The position numbers and the translations under genes are program-made. Below the pieces are notes generated by a model. It made no database searches. It was not told the DNA's origin and saw nothing but the letters and a program-made list of their open reading frames with translations. A stretch of DNA of 62,760 nt, counting the filler, from Chiloscyllium plagiosum (Eukaryota), in NCBI RefSeq assembly GCF_004010195.1. It is 3 parts of one record of this genome, joined end to end, with 100 filler letters (N's around TTAATTAATTAA, not from the genome) between each part and the next. Parts side by side here need not be neighbours in the genome. Positions count along the whole stretch, not along the records: positions 54,561 to 62,760 come from NC_057714.1; 2 more parts are not named here. One strand, written 5' to 3'. How positions within the stretch are numbered: position 1 is the stretch's first letter; every line of letters starts with the position of its first letter. Shown here piece after piece: positions 61,801 through 62,760 of this stretch.

Positions 61801-62555
61801 TTGTTCCCTTCCAGGTGGTAAAAAGGCGGGCTCTCTATAGACTGCTGCTGCACGCCATCCACCTCTTCTCCCTCATCCACCGTCCGGACACGTCTTGGCG
61901 TGCCCCTTTGCCACCGGGCGGTGGGGATCCCTGTGGAGGGCTCTCTACGCGGGAGTCCTCCCCCTTTCTCTCGGGGATCTGGGGTGGAGGGTGCTGCACG
62001 CAGCAGTCCCCTGCAACCGCAGATTGCGGTGGTTCACGGACTCCCAGCCCAACTGCTTGTTCTGTGGCGCTGTGGAGTCCGTGGACCACGTGTATATTGG
62101 GTGTGGGCGTTTGCAATCCCTTTTTGATTTTCTTAAAAACCTCCTCCTCTGCTTTTGGTTGCACTTCAGTCCCACGCTCCTGATCTTCGGGCACCCGGTA
62201 CGGAGGAAGGAGGGCAGGTCTGAAGACCTCCTCGTGGGTCTGCTCATGGGTCTGGCCAAACTGGCCATCAATAGGTTGATGGAGGGGGTCATGGGCCATG
62301 GAGGGGGTCGTTGGGCTGACTGCCTGCCCCTCTTCCGCGGTTACGTTAGGGCCTGGGTGTCCTTGGAGAAGGAGCACGTGGTGTTGTTCAGGGAGTTGTT
62401 CAGGGAGAGGTCCGCAGGGAGTGGACTGCATTATTTCCCCCTCCAACTCTATTTTGATTTAGTCCCTGCCCTCCCCTTCACTGTTTGATCACACAGCATT
62501 GCCCTTTGATGTAAAGGGCACTGCTTGTCACTGGCCACTCGGGTGTTTTCCTTTT
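58819..62555 (+). mobile_element. L1-Tx1 clade non-LTR retrotransposon ORF2 (APE, RT, C-terminal zinc finger), 5'-truncated, frameshifted, 3' tail missing
   Basis: LVNVYA, GDF, LVDVWR, SRIDRLY, TDH; KNWRPVSLLSTDYKI, SLDQEIAFDRVDH, GVRQGCPLSGQLY, YADD; CLFCGAVESVDHVYIGC; frame changes near 58997, 59980 and 61925. Confidence 0.93.
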
Positions 62556-62671
62556 GAGAGCTGGATCTGTGTGAGTGTGTGCGCACGTGCAAGGACTCTC
62601 TTCCTTGAAGGGGTCTGAGAGGAAGGGGACTGTCCCTGGACCAGCTGCCCCACTTCCAGGGAGCTGAAGGA

Positions 62672-62760
62672 ATGAAGGAGAAGGAAGGAAGGAGAAGGAA
62701 GGAAGGAAGGAGGAAGGAAGGAAGGAAGGAGGAAGGAAGGAAGGAAGGAGGAAGGAGGAA
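62672..62760. repeat. (GGAA)n / GGAAGGA purine microsatellite
   Basis: Direct inspection; runs off the right edge. Confidence 0.95.

Noticed and set aside
58869..62446. Many overlapping and antisense ORFs of 70-200 aa
   Set aside because: Expected from the high GC content of the Tx1 element, which has few stop codons; no independent motifs
62500..62522. Resemblance of the GCCCTTT...AAAGGGC hairpin to the histone 3' stem-loop
   Set aside because: Loop length and sequence do not fit the 6-bp stem/4-nt loop consensus and no histone CDS is upstream
1..62760. CRISPR array, rRNA, or prokaryotic/viral genes
   Set aside because: No regularly spaced repeat-spacer array or such coding motifs seen; the content is vertebrate retroelement-rich DNA

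Overview
Vertebrate genomic DNA, almost certainly a shark or other elasmobranch. This is inferred from the HE1 V-SINEs, HER1/CR1 LINEs and Deu-domain SINEs; the genus cannot be fixed from sequence alone. No intact host gene is recognisable, so the window is intergenic or lies in a very large intron, and it is dominated by nested retroelements. These include several CR1 subfamilies (one young copy has an intact 308-aa zinc-finger/coiled-coil/SGNH-esterase ORF1), a GC-rich L1-Tx1 element with a nearly complete frameshifted ORF2, decayed Gypsy elements, and at least four Penelope-like (GIY-YIG) families. The Penelope termini carry minimal type-I hammerhead ribozyme motifs, several with intact cores. 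The short Penelope fragments repeatedly begin at the 5' edge of the ribozyme, form fold-back structures, and sit at deletion or inverted-duplication junctions. Also present are an RPL19 retrocopy fused to a tailless CR1 body, a head-to-tail pair of Tx1 3' ends inside a Gypsy LTR, and two artificial 100-bp gap linkers. Boundaries of old repeats were read by eye and are approximate.
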